A DNA stretch of 64,000 nucleotides, taken from Euprymna scolopes. Lineage: Eukaryota. The position numbers and the translations under genes are program-made. Shown one piece after another: positions 62,521-64,000 of this stretch. The DNA lies in NCBI GenBank assembly GCA_053919585.1, contig JBSSHM010000078.1, one strand, 5' to 3'. Below the pieces are notes generated by a model. It was not told the DNA's origin, ran no database searches, and was given only the letters and a program-made list of their open reading frames with translations. Within the stretch, counting starts at the first letter, position 1. Every line of letters begins with the position of its first letter.

Positions 62521-63299
62521 GTTATTAATTTCTATACTAAATCAGTTTTAGAGATAAAGAAATTTAATGAAACATACGAATATTATTGTATCTCATATAG
62601 TCAAAGTGTAAGCCCCATGTAGTTGGTCCCTTGATTTCCGAAAACGCCGACTGAAGTAAAAGAAAACGTAACGATGATAAATTTAAAACAAAGAAATATA
62701 TTGAATATTTGAATATATCTGATGTGTTCATGAGGTGTTTTTTTAAATGAAACATAATTGGTAGAATCTAAACAAATGATTATCACATGAAACCATTGAG
62801 TCATTATTTTAAGAAACTATAATTGATAGAATTCAGACGATATGATTCAATTAATAAATTAAATGAATATCTAATTTAATTAGATTGTTTACATTATTAT
62901 TTATCATAAGTGTTTTATACAGAGTTTTGTCGGAGTAGTGACCTAAAATAATTTCGGATCACTCTTCAAGGGTTCTCAGTTAGTATACGTTTGCTGATTA
63001 TATCGGCGTAACTTGTAGATTACATTATTCAGTCTCATTAAATTATAATTCTTGATGAATATGAATTGTTATTTGCGGATTCATTTAAGATTAACTTGTG
63101 TGCACTTTAGATCATAATATCTAAACCGCTAATGCATATACATCACAAACATTCTAAGGAATTGCAATAACCACATATGTCATATTTAATGCCAAGTAAA
63201 AAAAGGTGCAACTAGCTTCCAGAAACGATAAGTAACACTATATACACAAGCTACTTCTCTTATGAACGAATATATGTATACTTTTATCTGCTCACGTTA

Positions 63300-64000
63300 A
63301 TAATACCAATCTGAATTCTTCTGCGACAGAAACACACCCTACTACGACCAAATTTACTCTTTCTGTGTTGGTCCTCTCTCTATCACATTTCCTTACTAGC
63401 ATCCACATGTTTCCCACCTGTATTTTTCCGCGAAATAAACACTTTCTGCTACGATCAAATTATTTGTTTCTGCTTTTCAGGAATTTCTTTGTTTATTTTT
63501 CCTTGACTTCCCGAACTTTCAATTTTTTTATGTCTAGCTTCGTAATTTGATCATTGCTCTTTCTTTCTACCATGATCTCCTTTCTTCCAAGCACACGCTC
63601 TCTCCCTTCCTCATTTTCTACCATCCCCTTAATACCATTTTCTCGATAATGTGCAACAACTTCATTCGCCCTTTTCTCTCTATAATCGGCCGCTTCAGCC
63701 ACGACCTACAGTTCCTTCTCTCTACTTTCTTTATTAATCTGCACACCGCCCTCGTTTACCGTGCCATTCTCTATTACTTCTGTGGTCAGCAATCTTTTTA
63801 TAACTACAAATTCGAGTTCTAATTGCCTATCGGTATTTCCTTGCTGCTTTTGCTTGATAACACTGGTTTGCTGATGTAAAGGTTCCTCGTTGTCTCCAGT
63901 CACAAAAATACGTGTATGTGTCAAATTATAGACTTTCCATGTACGTCATATTGGTTGCTTCAGAAGAAACACAGCATGATTACATTTTTACTCCCTTTAT
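63300..64000 (-). mobile_element. R4/Dong-type LINE ORF N-terminal region, decayed
   Basis: Minus frames VIMLCFF*SN, EEPLHQQTSVIKQK...LELE..IKR and ETNNLIVA.SV..AE resemble the N-terminal motifs 'IM.CY..S.P', 'EQRL.DQ..VI......ELE.I' and 'ETN.LI.A....AE' of this clade. Confidence 0.6.

Overview
AT-rich eukaryotic (most likely invertebrate animal) draft-assembly sequence with eight N-gaps and many (TA)n, (CA)n and (TG)n tracts. I found no intact host gene; the window is mostly decayed mobile elements. It holds about 13 copies of two single-ORF CR1-clade LINE families (here 'A' and 'B'; near full-length copies at 2200-5650 minus and 35860-39043 plus) and two pieces of R4/Dong-type restriction-like-endonuclease LINEs. 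It also holds several non-autonomous Helitrons and a Helitron Rep fragment, Tc1/mariner remnants and fold-back MITEs, a hAT-like transposase tail, a retropepsin remnant, and two 5S-derived sequences. The most interesting signal is a set of short elements joining a tRNA-like Pol III head to a minimal hammerhead-ribozyme core (about 18465, 25450 and 60535), plus further hammerhead-like cores. All hammerhead copies here are degenerate, so activity is not shown. Other points worth checking are a structured CR1 5' leader with no ORF1, a CR1-A insertion at the homologous position inside a CR1-B copy, a 256-bp palindrome centred on (TA)n, and an unidentified ~194-codon reading-frame remnant at 14643-15224. 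All identifications are by eye; element boundaries are approximate.
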